From: Patescibacteria group bacterium | GTDB lineage: Bacteria > Patescibacteriota > Patescibacteriia > Patescibacteriales > UBA12465 | Reading direction: 5' to 3' | NCBI GenBank assembly: GCA_050949525.1 | Contig: JBMNFW010000001.1 | Location: 655,890-719,889, forward strand | DNA: 64,000 nt | Part shown: positions 44,660 to 52,497 of the stretch, piece by piece | How the letters are laid out: each line of letters opens with the position of its first letter | Numbering within the stretch: the stretch's first letter is position 1 | Notes under the pieces: generated by a model | Databases searched by the model: none | Told to the model about the DNA's origin: nothing | The model's input: only the letters and a program-made list of their open reading frames with translations | Translations under genes and position numbers: made by a program

Positions 44660-46009
44660 ATGAAAAACATATCTGAAACCATTTTAATAATTTTACTCAA
44701 GTTATTTTTCTTAATAAGGAAAATAATTCTTTTTTTATTTAATATTATAAAAAAAATAACATTATTTATATTAAATTTCCTTTTTTTCAAGATTATTATC
44801 AGAATCTATTATCATTATATCTTAGTTTATAAAAAAATAAAAGAAATTAATCAAAAAAATAATTCCCGACTATACTTTTTAAAAAAAAATCTATCAGTTT
44901 TCATTATTATTATTCTAACCTTCTCTGCCCTTCTCCAGCTTAACATAAAAAAGACAGAAGCCCAAAGTTTAACTAATCAAATCTATAAAACTACTTTAGC
45001 TCAAAACATTAAACCTGACTTTGATAATTTTGAACCCGAAGAATTAATTATTGAAACTATTGATGATCTTAATGTTAACTCTATTACTAATACCCAATAT
45101 CTAGAATCAAGCGGAGTTTTAAAAACAAAAAGTAAAGCTAGTTTAGATGAAGAAGATTCTGATACTATCTTATCATATAGTCATGGTGATACTTTATCTA
45201 ATACTGGATTAACTTCAGTAGAATCTAATAATATTAGAGATAAAATTATCGAGCACGTCGTTCAGGGCGGAGAAACTATTGGTAGCATTGCTCAAGACTT
45301 CTCTTTAAATGTTAATACTATTCTATGGGAAAATAATCTTAGCGCTCGAAGTCTAATTAGACCGGGTGATAAAATTATAATCCTACCTGAAGATGGTGTG
45401 ATGCATACTGTAGCTAAAAATGAAAATATCAGTAAAATTGCCTCTAAATATGGTGCTGCTATTGATCTCATTGTTGATAAAAATGATTTAGATCCTGACG
45501 AAACCCTAAAGGTGGGACAAAAAATATTTATTCCGGGAGGTAAAAAAATAGTTGAGGTTAGAAGAATAGTTAATCAAAGTTATTCTGGAACCAGTATTAG
45601 TCGAGAATCTGGTACTGCTAGTAGTCAAACTATTAGTCATTCCACTGGTAAGCTACTATGGCCAACTAACGGAGCGAGAATAACGCAATATTACTCTTGG
45701 AGTCATAAAGGTTTAGATATTGCTAATAAAACTGGAACTCCACTTTATGCCGCTGAAAGTGGTACAGTGGAAATATCTGGCAGTGCTCGAGGATATGGAT
45801 ATTATGTTGTTATTAATCATGGTGGAGGACTAAAAACTCTTTATGCTCATGCTTCTAAACTTCGAGTTAAAGCTGGACAAGAGGTTAATAGAGGTGATAT
45901 TATAGCTGATATGGGATCAACTGGTTGGTCAACTGGACCTCATATTCACTTTGAAGTTAGAGTTAATAATGTTCAACAAAACCCTTTAAATTATATAAGT
46001 TATAAATAA
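44660..46009 (+). CDS. LysM-domain M23 peptidoglycan DD-metalloendopeptidase
   Basis: N-terminal TM(s), two LysM repeats (HVVQGGETIGSIAQDF..., HTVAKNENISKIASKYG...) and M23 motifs HKGLDIA and GPHIHFEV. The track start at 44654 is TTG; the ATG is at 44660. Confidence 0.8.
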   Translation: MKNISETILIILLKLFFLIRKIILFLFNIIKKITLFILNFLFFKIIIRIYYHYILVYKKIKEINQKNNSRLYFLKKNLSVFIIIILTFSALLQLNIKKTEAQSLTNQIYKTTLAQNIKPDFDNFEPEELIIETIDDLNVNSITNTQYLESSGVLKTKSKASLDEEDSDTILSYSHGDTLSNTGLTSVESNNIRDKIIEHVVQGGETIGSIAQDFSLNVNTILWENNLSARSLIRPGDKIIILPEDGVMHTVAKNENISKIASKYGAAIDLIVDKNDLDPDETLKVGQKIFIPGGKKIVEVRRIVNQSYSGTSISRESGTASSQTISHSTGKLLWPTNGARITQYYSWSHKGLDIANKTGTPLYAAESGTVEISGSARGYGYYVVINHGGGLKTLYAHASKLRVKAGQEVNRGDIIADMGSTGWSTGPHIHFEVRVNNVQQNPLNYISYK

Positions 46010-46013
46010 TTAT

Positions 46014-46262
46014 ATGAAAATAATCGCTGGCTTTATTTTAATGGCCGCTGGAACTCTCTTCATGGCCAAATCAGAAGACATCTTTAAAAACTTTGGTCGA
46101 ATTGCTTGGTTTGATAAACATTTAGGCGCTGAGGGAGGATCTAGATTAGGCTATAAGTTAATTGGTTTAATTATCGTTTTTTTTGGCTTACTTTTAGCTA
46201 CTGGTAGTCTAGACGGATTCTTAAAAGTAGTTCTATCACCATTGATGAAAGGAAAATTTTAA
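46014..46262 (+). CDS. Hypothetical small membrane protein (82 aa)
   Basis: Two hydrophobic segments. No motif recognised. Confidence 0.45.
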   Translation: MKIIAGFILMAAGTLFMAKSEDIFKNFGRIAWFDKHLGAEGGSRLGYKLIGLIIVFFGLLLATGSLDGFLKVVLSPLMKGKF

Positions 46263-46265
46263 ACC

Positions 46266-47351
46266 TGAATAAGTTCAGATACATTTTGGAAAATAAAAAG
46301 CCCAAAATGTATGCAGATAAAGTTTAAGTACTATAATTGTCCCGGATTTGGTACATTATATAATGATGCAATTAAGCAAAAATATATGATTACCAAAGAA
46401 GCTAGACAAAGACTCAAAATATTAGAATTTTGAAAGCAATATGGCCTTCAAGCCACTACTGATGCCTTTGGGGTTAAAAAATCTACCCTATACAATTGGC
46501 AAAAAATATTTAGAGAAGGGGGTGGCAAGATAGAAGCTCTCAATCCTAAATCCCAAGCTAGGATTAACAAGAATAAAAGAGAAATACATCCTCTGATATT
46601 AAAAGAGATTAGACGTTTAAGACTAGAGATTTGTCCTAATATGGGTAAAACTAAAGTTAAAAAATTTTTAGATAAATTTTGTGAAATTAATAATTTACCA
46701 ATATACTCAGAATCAAAGATAGGTAGAATTATTAAAGATAAAGATATATATCATCATAGACAGAAAATATCTCATTTTGGTAAGATTAAAAAAATTAAAA
46801 AAACTAAAAAGAAAAGAAAACCTAAGGAATTACAAGTAAATAATCCTGGGGATTTAATAGAGATAGATACTGTTGTTAGATTTCACAATGGATTAAAGAG
46901 ATATATTATTACCGCTGTTGATACTTTTAGCCGAACAGCTTTCGCTTATGCCTATAACAGAATTAGTAGCTCTAATGCTAAAGATTTTTTTAAAAAATTA
47001 GAAGAAGTCATGCCCTTTAATATTAAGGCTGTTCAGACTGATAATGGTTTAGAATTCCATCTCTATTTTAAAAAATACTTAGAAGAGAGAAAAATTGAGC
47101 ATTATTTCAATTATCCAGGTAGACCATACAAACAGGGTCATATTGAGAAGTTTAATAGGACTATTCAAGAAGAATTCATTGATTGGAGTGGTGAAAAATA
47201 CTTTGATAATTTAGATGATTTTAATAATTTGTTAATTGATTGGCTTCTTTGGTATAATACCGATAGACCACATTGGAGCCTTGAATTAGTATCTCCGATG
47301 AATTATTTGGTTAATAATAATTTTTTTTCCAAAATGACGTGGACTAATACA
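46266..47351 (+). mobile_element. IS481-like insertion sequence, copy 2 (1086 bp) with a 5-bp target duplication
   Basis: Same termini as copy 1. Flanked by aaacc (46261-46265) and aaacc (47352-47356). Confidence 0.8.
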
Positions 47352-47360
47352 AAACCTTGA
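46311..47360 (+). pseudogene. IS481-like transposase gene with an in-frame TGA (Trp41 TGG to TGA)
   Basis: Codon 41 is tga (46431-46433) where copy 1 has tgg (EFWKQYG). There is also D to G at MDKTKV/MGKTKV. The track reports only the 239-aa remnant at 46641..47360. Confidence 0.75.
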
Positions 47361-47395
47361 CTTATTTACTTTTATTAATTATTATTTTAAATCAT

Positions 47396-47472
47396 GGGCC
47401 TTTAGCTCAGTTGGCTAGAGCACCTGCTTTGCAAGCAGGGGGTCAAGGGTTCGAGCCCCTTAAGGTCCACCA
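47396..47472 (+). tRNA. tRNA-Ala (anticodon TGC), CCA encoded
   Basis: Hand-folded: acceptor GGGCCTT/AAGGTCC with the G3:U70 Ala identity pair, anticodon stem CCTGC/GCAGG with loop TTTGCAA, T arm AAGGG-TTCGAGC-CCCTT, ends ACCA. Confidence 0.95.
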
Positions 47473-47525
47473 GAATTAAACTTTCAGAAATTTTGCCAAC
47501 GGATTTTGCTTGATAATTTTCATAA

Positions 47526-47582
47526 GTTTTGGTAGTATAACAATAAGGGTAATAACCTTATCTACTACAATACTACCAAAAC
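47526..47582. promoter_or_regulatory. Nested palindrome (13-bp perfect inverted repeat around a 6-bp one) just upstream of the XRE gene: putative operator
   Basis: gttttggtagtat (47526-47538) and atactaccaaaac (47570-47582) are exact reverse complements. The inner pair is ataagg / ccttat. It ends 9 nt before the ATG at 47592. Confidence 0.55.
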
Positions 47583-47591
47583 TTTATTTAT

Positions 47592-47798
47592 ATGACAAGT
47601 GGAAAAACAATCAGCGAAAATATAAAGAAACTACGCACCAAACTTGGCTTGACGCAAGACGATTTAGCCAAGAAAGCGGATATAAAATATACAACGCTTA
47701 TGAAGGTCGAAAGCGGCGCGGTGAACAAGCCAAGCGTTCAAACTATGGCGAAAATAGCCAAAGCGTTGGGCGTTTCGATTGAAGATTTAATAAAATAA
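47592..47798 (+). CDS. XRE-family HTH transcriptional regulator (68 aa)
   Basis: IKKLRTKLGLTQDDLAKKADIKYTTLMKVESG HTH pattern. Confidence 0.8.
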   Translation: MTSGKTISENIKKLRTKLGLTQDDLAKKADIKYTTLMKVESGAVNKPSVQTMAKIAKALGVSIEDLIK

Positions 47799-47800
47799 AT

Positions 47801-48037
47801 ATGGAAAACGACGAAAAAGCACTTGAAGCTTTGAAAAAAATTGAGGAAGTAATTGATGAGGTTAGAGATTTATTCCCAACTATAAAAAAGGAAATAAAAA
47901 TTTCTACCAAAAAATTTAACGACCCTCTGCAGGTTTTGAAAAGAATAAATGGGATTATTATCAATTACGATGAGAGCAATGCTCAAAGAAAATTGGAGAG
48001 CTTGCTTAAATTTTTAGGGATAATCTCTAAACAATAA
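47801..48037 (+). CDS. Hypothetical protein (78 aa)
   Basis: ORF tightly packed between the XRE gene and the 218-aa gene. No motif recognised. Confidence 0.45.
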   Translation: MENDEKALEALKKIEEVIDEVRDLFPTIKKEIKISTKKFNDPLQVLKRINGIIINYDESNAQRKLESLLKFLGIISKQ

Positions 48038-48041
48038 AATT

Positions 48042-48698
48042 ATGGGACTATTTAACTTTTCAAAATATACCGATGTAGAAAAGGCTTTGCTTGATATGTA
48101 TGTTCAAATGTTGAGCATGAGCGGCATTCCGTCTTCTGAAGCGAAAAAACTAACGGAAGATATGTTAGACCAAGCAATCAAAGAATCAAAAAAGGACGGA
48201 ACCTATAATCTTCCTCGAAATTTGGGAGATATTATTTTTGGGGATGCGGAGACAGATAACCCAACAATAAAGAAAATTGCCGAGAGCATTTATCAAAAAC
48301 TACCTCAAAAAAGAGAGGAGGGTGTCCGAGACGAGGATGTTCGCTGGTGGTGGAATTTGAATGATATTGAGCGTCGAATGATGTTGAAGCAAGACGACGC
48401 CGCCCGCATGACACTAATTCTTCATGAGTTAGAAAATAGTACAGAATCTTCAAAGGAAAAAGCATTTGATGCGGCGGCGGTGAAAGTAAGAAAGTTCCAC
48501 CCTATTTACGGAGATCCAAAAGATACGACTCACACCAAAGGCGAAGATAGGCCATTGCCCTATGAACTCAAGGATAGAGTTAATCTTTATATTGAAAAAC
48601 GGGCGAAAGAAGGTTCTGGAAAATATAAGGCTGAAATTGAGCAATCAACAACTTTCAACGCGCTGGTTAGGAAAGAAATTCACACTGGTAAACTTTAA
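48042..48698 (+). CDS. Hypothetical 218-aa protein, paralog of 26919..27563
   Basis: Conserved blocks shared with the 214-aa ORF of the ATPase-nuclease cassette (see that entry). Confidence 0.6.
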   Translation: MGLFNFSKYTDVEKALLDMYVQMLSMSGIPSSEAKKLTEDMLDQAIKESKKDGTYNLPRNLGDIIFGDAETDNPTIKKIAESIYQKLPQKREEGVRDEDVRWWWNLNDIERRMMLKQDDAARMTLILHELENSTESSKEKAFDAAAVKVRKFHPIYGDPKDTTHTKGEDRPLPYELKDRVNLYIEKRAKEGSGKYKAEIEQSTTFNALVRKEIHTGKL

Positions 48699-48701
48699 TT
48701 T

Positions 48702-49301
48702 ATGACAGACAATAAGAAAATAATTACATTTCTGATTATCGCCGCAATTATAGCAGGTGGATATTACTTTTTCTTTTCAGATAGAAATACCGAGAATGGT
48801 CAGCAAACCACAGAACAAGAAAAGGTTTCCAAAAGCGATGTTATTGCAAAAGAGCTTGGGGATAGGTATCAGGCGACAACTGGCTGGGAAGAAAATTTAA
48901 ACTATACTTTGCAGGCACAAGAGAGATTGGTTACTGGTAAACCGACCATGTTTAGAGGTTATATTGACGATATATTTAAGCAGGGTGATAAAAATTTTAT
49001 CCGTTTTTCCTCATCGTTTTTGAGTCCCATTGACTATGTTTTAGAGCTTGAATGTAGCCAACAAATTGTAGATAAAATTTTTGCGCAAAAACCGGATAGC
49101 AAAGATTTTCTTAAATTTTTTGACGAATACGTTATTGTGGCAAATATACAAGAAGTTACAAAACCAGTTTTTGCGCTAGAGGGTTCTGCCCTGTCTGAAG
49201 ATGAAGTCGAAATCAACATTGAATCTTCAAATTTATTTACTGCTAAAGGAACTTGTATAGATGTCGCCTATATTGGTGATGACGAGTTATTTAATGACTA
49301 A
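48702..49301 (+). CDS. Hypothetical membrane-anchored protein (199 aa)
   Basis: N-terminal TM (IITFLIIAAIIAGGYYFFF). No motif recognised. Confidence 0.5.
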   Translation: MTDNKKIITFLIIAAIIAGGYYFFFSDRNTENGQQTTEQEKVSKSDVIAKELGDRYQATTGWEENLNYTLQAQERLVTGKPTMFRGYIDDIFKQGDKNFIRFSSSFLSPIDYVLELECSQQIVDKIFAQKPDSKDFLKFFDEYVIVANIQEVTKPVFALEGSALSEDEVEINIESSNLFTAKGTCIDVAYIGDDELFND

Positions 49302-49306
49302 TCAAT

Positions 49307-49510
49307 ATGCAAAATAAATTTTTCAAAATCATATTACTAATTGCGGTTATCTCGGTTGCGCTATTTGCTTTAACCTACTTCACAAGGACAGCCATTGATA
49401 TTGGTTGTGCAAAAACTGGGAAGCCAGATGATATCTGGAAGCGGTATTTTATGACAGTAAATTGTTGGCATTGGGAAAGGACTATCCAACTCCAGCAGAA
49501 TTTTAATTGA
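49307..49510 (+). CDS. Hypothetical small membrane-anchored protein (67 aa)
   Basis: N-terminal TM (FFKIILLIAVISVALFAL). Confidence 0.4.
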   Translation: MQNKFFKIILLIAVISVALFALTYFTRTAIDIGCAKTGKPDDIWKRYFMTVNCWHWERTIQLQQNFN

Positions 49511-49512
49511 GT

Positions 49513-50514
49513 ATGAGTGTTTCAGAAAAATTACAAACTGGCGCAGTTGCTACAATTACGGCACTAACCGTGCCGATAATGTTGCTTAATTTACTCGGCG
49601 GAATTGTATCTGGTATTTGGCTGGCAATTTTAGGCGAATGGGGAGAAATTTTCAGGGGCATTTTATTCATGGTAGTAGCTGGTTTTGCCATTTCCATCGC
49701 TCTAATGCCATCTCTGCTTTTTGCCGCACCCGCGGCAATGGCTATGGAGCGCGGCAAAAAGTTTATTGGAGCGTTGCTCGGCTCGCTTAGCGTGCTTTAT
49801 ACTGTTGCCCTGATTACGGTGTGGTGTATCTGGGTAATGTGGCTTTTTGTAAGCTCTGCCACCGAAAGCTCACTTATCCCTCTGCTTGTTTGGTCGTATG
49901 GAGTTGCCCTTGGGCCTTGGATGTGGCTCGCACAAAAAGATCAGCAAGGTGGTGGAAATGAATTTTCAACGCTTACAACATTTTTTGCACAGGCGGCCTA
50001 TATCTTGGGAATGATAATGTTTTTCTTTGGTGCAACGCTCGGAACAATAGCAATCCTTTTTGGGATAATTATGCTTGCCGGCGCAATTCTGCAAATGATA
50101 ATTGCTTTCGGTGGCGAAATGAAAAAGTCATTTAGCAAAAAAGAAGTCAAAGAAGCTCTCGGGATACTTGAAGAAGCGAGCAAGGAATTTGGCAGTGGCG
50201 GATTTGATTTAGTAAAGGAATATGTCGAGAAATCAATTCTTTCTGATACAAAACAATTTTTAGATGTCGTCCGTGAAGGACGATCTGTCCGCAAATATGT
50301 TTATTCTATGATAGCTAACACATCAGGCGATTTGGCGGAAAGTGGACACTATCATATTTATCGTGGTGTCCTAAATCCTATGGGACCCGGAGAAGATTTG
50401 TTGAAAATTTTTGACGCCGCAATGGATGAATTAGTGCGTTTGGGTGATACCGATGCAGAAAATGCGAAAAAAGAAAAAGCGGCAGTTCGGAAAAATATCG
50501 AAACTATGGGATAG
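49513..50514 (+). CDS. Hypothetical polytopic membrane protein with a soluble C-terminal domain
   Basis: About 6 hydrophobic segments, then a charged roughly 130-aa tail. The track start at 49507 is TTG; the ATG at 49513 lies 2 nt after the upstream stop. Confidence 0.55.
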   Translation: MSVSEKLQTGAVATITALTVPIMLLNLLGGIVSGIWLAILGEWGEIFRGILFMVVAGFAISIALMPSLLFAAPAAMAMERGKKFIGALLGSLSVLYTVALITVWCIWVMWLFVSSATESSLIPLLVWSYGVALGPWMWLAQKDQQGGGNEFSTLTTFFAQAAYILGMIMFFFGATLGTIAILFGIIMLAGAILQMIIAFGGEMKKSFSKKEVKEALGILEEASKEFGSGGFDLVKEYVEKSILSDTKQFLDVVREGRSVRKYVYSMIANTSGDLAESGHYHIYRGVLNPMGPGEDLLKIFDAAMDELVRLGDTDAENAKKEKAAVRKNIETMG

Positions 50515-50518
50515 AAAT

Positions 50519-50845
50519 ATGTCATTGAATAAAAAGAAAAACATCATTTTGTTTATTGCCGCCGCTTTTCTTTTTTTGGCTTTGGTTGACGGCTGGCCTT
50601 ACGGATTTTTTACGCTTTTGCGATTTGTTGTTTTTGCAATATCGGCGTATGTCGCTTGGATGGCTTACGAAGCACAAAAAGAAAAATGGGTTTGGATTTT
50701 CGGATTTCTTGCGGTTCTTTTCAATCCGTTTATTGTTATTCATCTCAACCGAGAAGCTTGGAGTGTTATTGATTTAATTGTCGGGATTTTTATGATAATT
50801 TCGGTGTTCGTGCTAAAGTTAGAGCGCAAGCCAAGCACGATTTGA
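50519..50845 (+). CDS. Hypothetical small polytopic membrane protein (108 aa)
   Basis: I prefer the start MSLNKKKNIILFIAAAF, because the longer track form overlaps the previous gene. Three to four TM segments. Confidence 0.5.
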   Translation: MSLNKKKNIILFIAAAFLFLALVDGWPYGFFTLLRFVVFAISAYVAWMAYEAQKEKWVWIFGFLAVLFNPFIVIHLNREAWSVIDLIVGIFMIISVFVLKLERKPSTI

Positions 50846-50852
50846 AATTTTT

Positions 50853-51063
50853 AGGCGGCGCGCCAGTTTCACTGGCACGAAATTCGGCGGCGGCGGAAAG
50901 CGAGGGCGGGCAAAAATTCCTTCCCCCCAACCCCCTTCCTTTTTGCCCGCCCGAGCGTCTGGTTTGTGGCGCGCGAAGCGCGCCGTCAGTTCTGTTCAAA
51001 AAAGGTTCGGATTTCGTCAAACAAACGCACAAACTAGAAGAACAGACGAAAGTCTGTTTTTTG
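50853..51063 (+). ncRNA. Candidate structured RNA / structured recombination-site region: very GC-rich hairpin cluster ending in a terminator
   Basis: Hairpins read directly: gccagt-ttc-actggc (50862-50876); 13-bp stem gggcgggcaaaaa (50904-50916) / tttttgcccgccc (50940-50952) with a C-rich loop; ggcgcgc-gaa-gcgcgcc (50968-50984); and a terminator at 51041-51063. A hand count of 50851-50910 gives 41/60 G+C. Confidence 0.4.
51041..51063 (+). terminator. Rho-independent terminator
   Basis: aacagac / gaaa / gtctgtt followed by a T-run (51057-51062). Confidence 0.65.
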
Positions 51064-51079
51064 CTTTATTTATAGGCTT

Positions 51080-52225
51080 TTATAACACTTTCTCTTTGCT
51101 AATAACAACTTTTTCAGAAGCGTTTTTTACGATTGTGTCCATATTGTGTCCAAAATCTATTTCTATGTTCTTTTTTGTTTCTAGACTTCTAATAGCCTCT
51201 CTTAACGTTGATGGTCCTAGATGAGAATATCTCATAGTAGTAACTATATCGGAATGACCTAATAATTCTTGAACGGCTTTAATAGAAACCCCGTTTTGTA
51301 TTAGATGCGAGGCAAAGGTGTGCCTGAAAGTATGCCAACCAACCTTTCTTAGCCCGACTTTTTTACAGAGGGAATAAAGCTTGTCACAACAACGATGTTG
51401 TTTTAGATGATTACCAAAATTATCAGAAAAAACATAGCCAGATTTTTTAATTCTTTGAATCAGCATCTGACAAACCTCGTCGGTTAGAGGAATGTATCTA
51501 ATCTTATTACTTTTAGTACTCCCCATTTCTCCTAAGACAATTGATCTTCTAACGGTCAGTAGTTGTTCCTTTAGGTCAATATCATTCCAATCTATAGCTA
51601 TTAACTCTCCGAAGCGCAGACCAGTCTTAATTGCAAAGAAAATCATTTCTTTAAGATAGCCCTCGGAATTATCTAATAATAATTTACACTCTTCTTCGGT
51701 TAAGAAATCAAATTTTTGAGGCTGAACTTTGAGTTTTTTTATCTTAGGTATTTTTTCTAAAACTCCCCACTCTTCAGCTACCTTAAAAAACTTTGAGAGC
51801 ATTGCTAGTTGATTGTTGACAGTTTTATTGTTTAATCCAAGGCCTACTTTTTCTGATTTATACTTTTCAATATCCATGTTACTTATGTCATCTAAATTCT
51901 TTTTACCAAAGAATGGATTTAAATGATTACGAAAAACGCTCTCCTTCTGAATTATTTCCGACTTCTTATTATTATTCTTAACATAAACATTAAACCACTT
52001 AACAAAAAAATCCTTAAAACTTATCTCGACTGTTTTATCCTTGATCTCTACGATCGGCTCTCCACGGGCTAATTTTTGCCTTATAAGAGACTCATAAGCC
52101 TTGGCTCCGGCATAAGTATTATCTGGACTAGCTTTACGATATCTTTGATGATTAAATCTAATATCAACCCAGTATTTATTGCCTCTTTTAATTATACTCA
52201 TAGCGTTATTTAATAATTGGCTCAA
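51080..52225 (-). CDS. int: Tyrosine recombinase / phage-type integrase
   Basis: C-terminal catalytic pattern GLRFGEL...HTFRHTFASHL...LLGHSDIVTTMRYSHL (R..H-x-x-R..H/Y). Confidence 0.9.
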   Translation of the reverse strand: MSQLLNNAMSIIKRGNKYWVDIRFNHQRYRKASPDNTYAGAKAYESLIRQKLARGEPIVEIKDKTVEISFKDFFVKWFNVYVKNNNKKSEIIQKESVFRNHLNPFFGKKNLDDISNMDIEKYKSEKVGLGLNNKTVNNQLAMLSKFFKVAEEWGVLEKIPKIKKLKVQPQKFDFLTEEECKLLLDNSEGYLKEMIFFAIKTGLRFGELIAIDWNDIDLKEQLLTVRRSIVLGEMGSTKSNKIRYIPLTDEVCQMLIQRIKKSGYVFSDNFGNHLKQHRCCDKLYSLCKKVGLRKVGWHTFRHTFASHLIQNGVSIKAVQELLGHSDIVTTMRYSHLGPSTLREAIRSLETKKNIEIDFGHNMDTIVKNASEKVVISKEKVL

Positions 52226-52406
52226 ATTTAGATTTCTCTAAATAAAATAAAATATCATCTTCCTTAAATCTTAAACTACCTCCCACTTTATAAAAGGGGA
52301 TTTGGCGATTATCTACAAGACGATAAACTGAAGATTTTGATATATTTAATATCCCCATTAATTCTTCAGTATTTATTAATTTGTTTAAAGTTGAACCATT
52401 ATTCAT
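52206..52406 (-). CDS. xis: Excisionase-family (MerR/AlpA-like) HTH protein
   Basis: LNISKSSVYRLVDNRQIPFYKVGGSLRFKEDDI is the typical HTH_17/excisionase pattern. Overlaps the int start by 20 nt. Confidence 0.75.
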   Translation of the reverse strand: MNNGSTLNKLINTEELMGILNISKSSVYRLVDNRQIPFYKVGGSLRFKEDDILFYLEKSKFEPIIK

Positions 52407-52422
52407 TTAATTGTTAAAGGGC

Positions 52423-52466
52423 AGTATAGGGGTCATAATGATAAATTATGACTGGACCCCTATACT
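52423..52466. promoter_or_regulatory. Long interrupted inverted repeat upstream of xis
   Basis: agtatagggg (52423-52432) / cccctatact (52457-52466) are exact complements, with an inner pair tcataat / attatga. Confidence 0.5.
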
Positions 52467-52497
52467 ATACCCTTTTTTATTCTTATTTTCAACGCTC

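Noticed and set aside
46431-46433. The in-frame TGA in IS481-like copy 2 as evidence of UGA recoding (an alternative genetic code, as in some CPR lineages).
   Set aside because: TGA terminates well-supported genes here (for example porA at 7529-7531). The equivalent codon in copy 1 is TGG (Trp), whereas the recoding known in CPR lineages is UGA=Gly. A simple nonsense mutation in a decaying IS copy is the economical reading.
47510-47782. 90-aa ORF (TTG start) overlapping the XRE gene in another frame.
   Set aside because: The 68-aa XRE frame has a clear HTH motif and an ATG with an operator-like palindrome upstream. The 90-aa frame has no recognisable features and would start inside the palindrome.
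50790-51224. Three ORFs across the GC-rich element: 50790..51032 (-), 50842..51075 (+) and 50943..51224 (+).
   Set aside because: Open frames appear on both strands simply because the stretch is GC-rich. The translations are Pro/Ala/Gly/Arg-rich, and the DNA is hairpin-dense and ends in a terminator. I treat it as RNA or structured DNA rather than coding.
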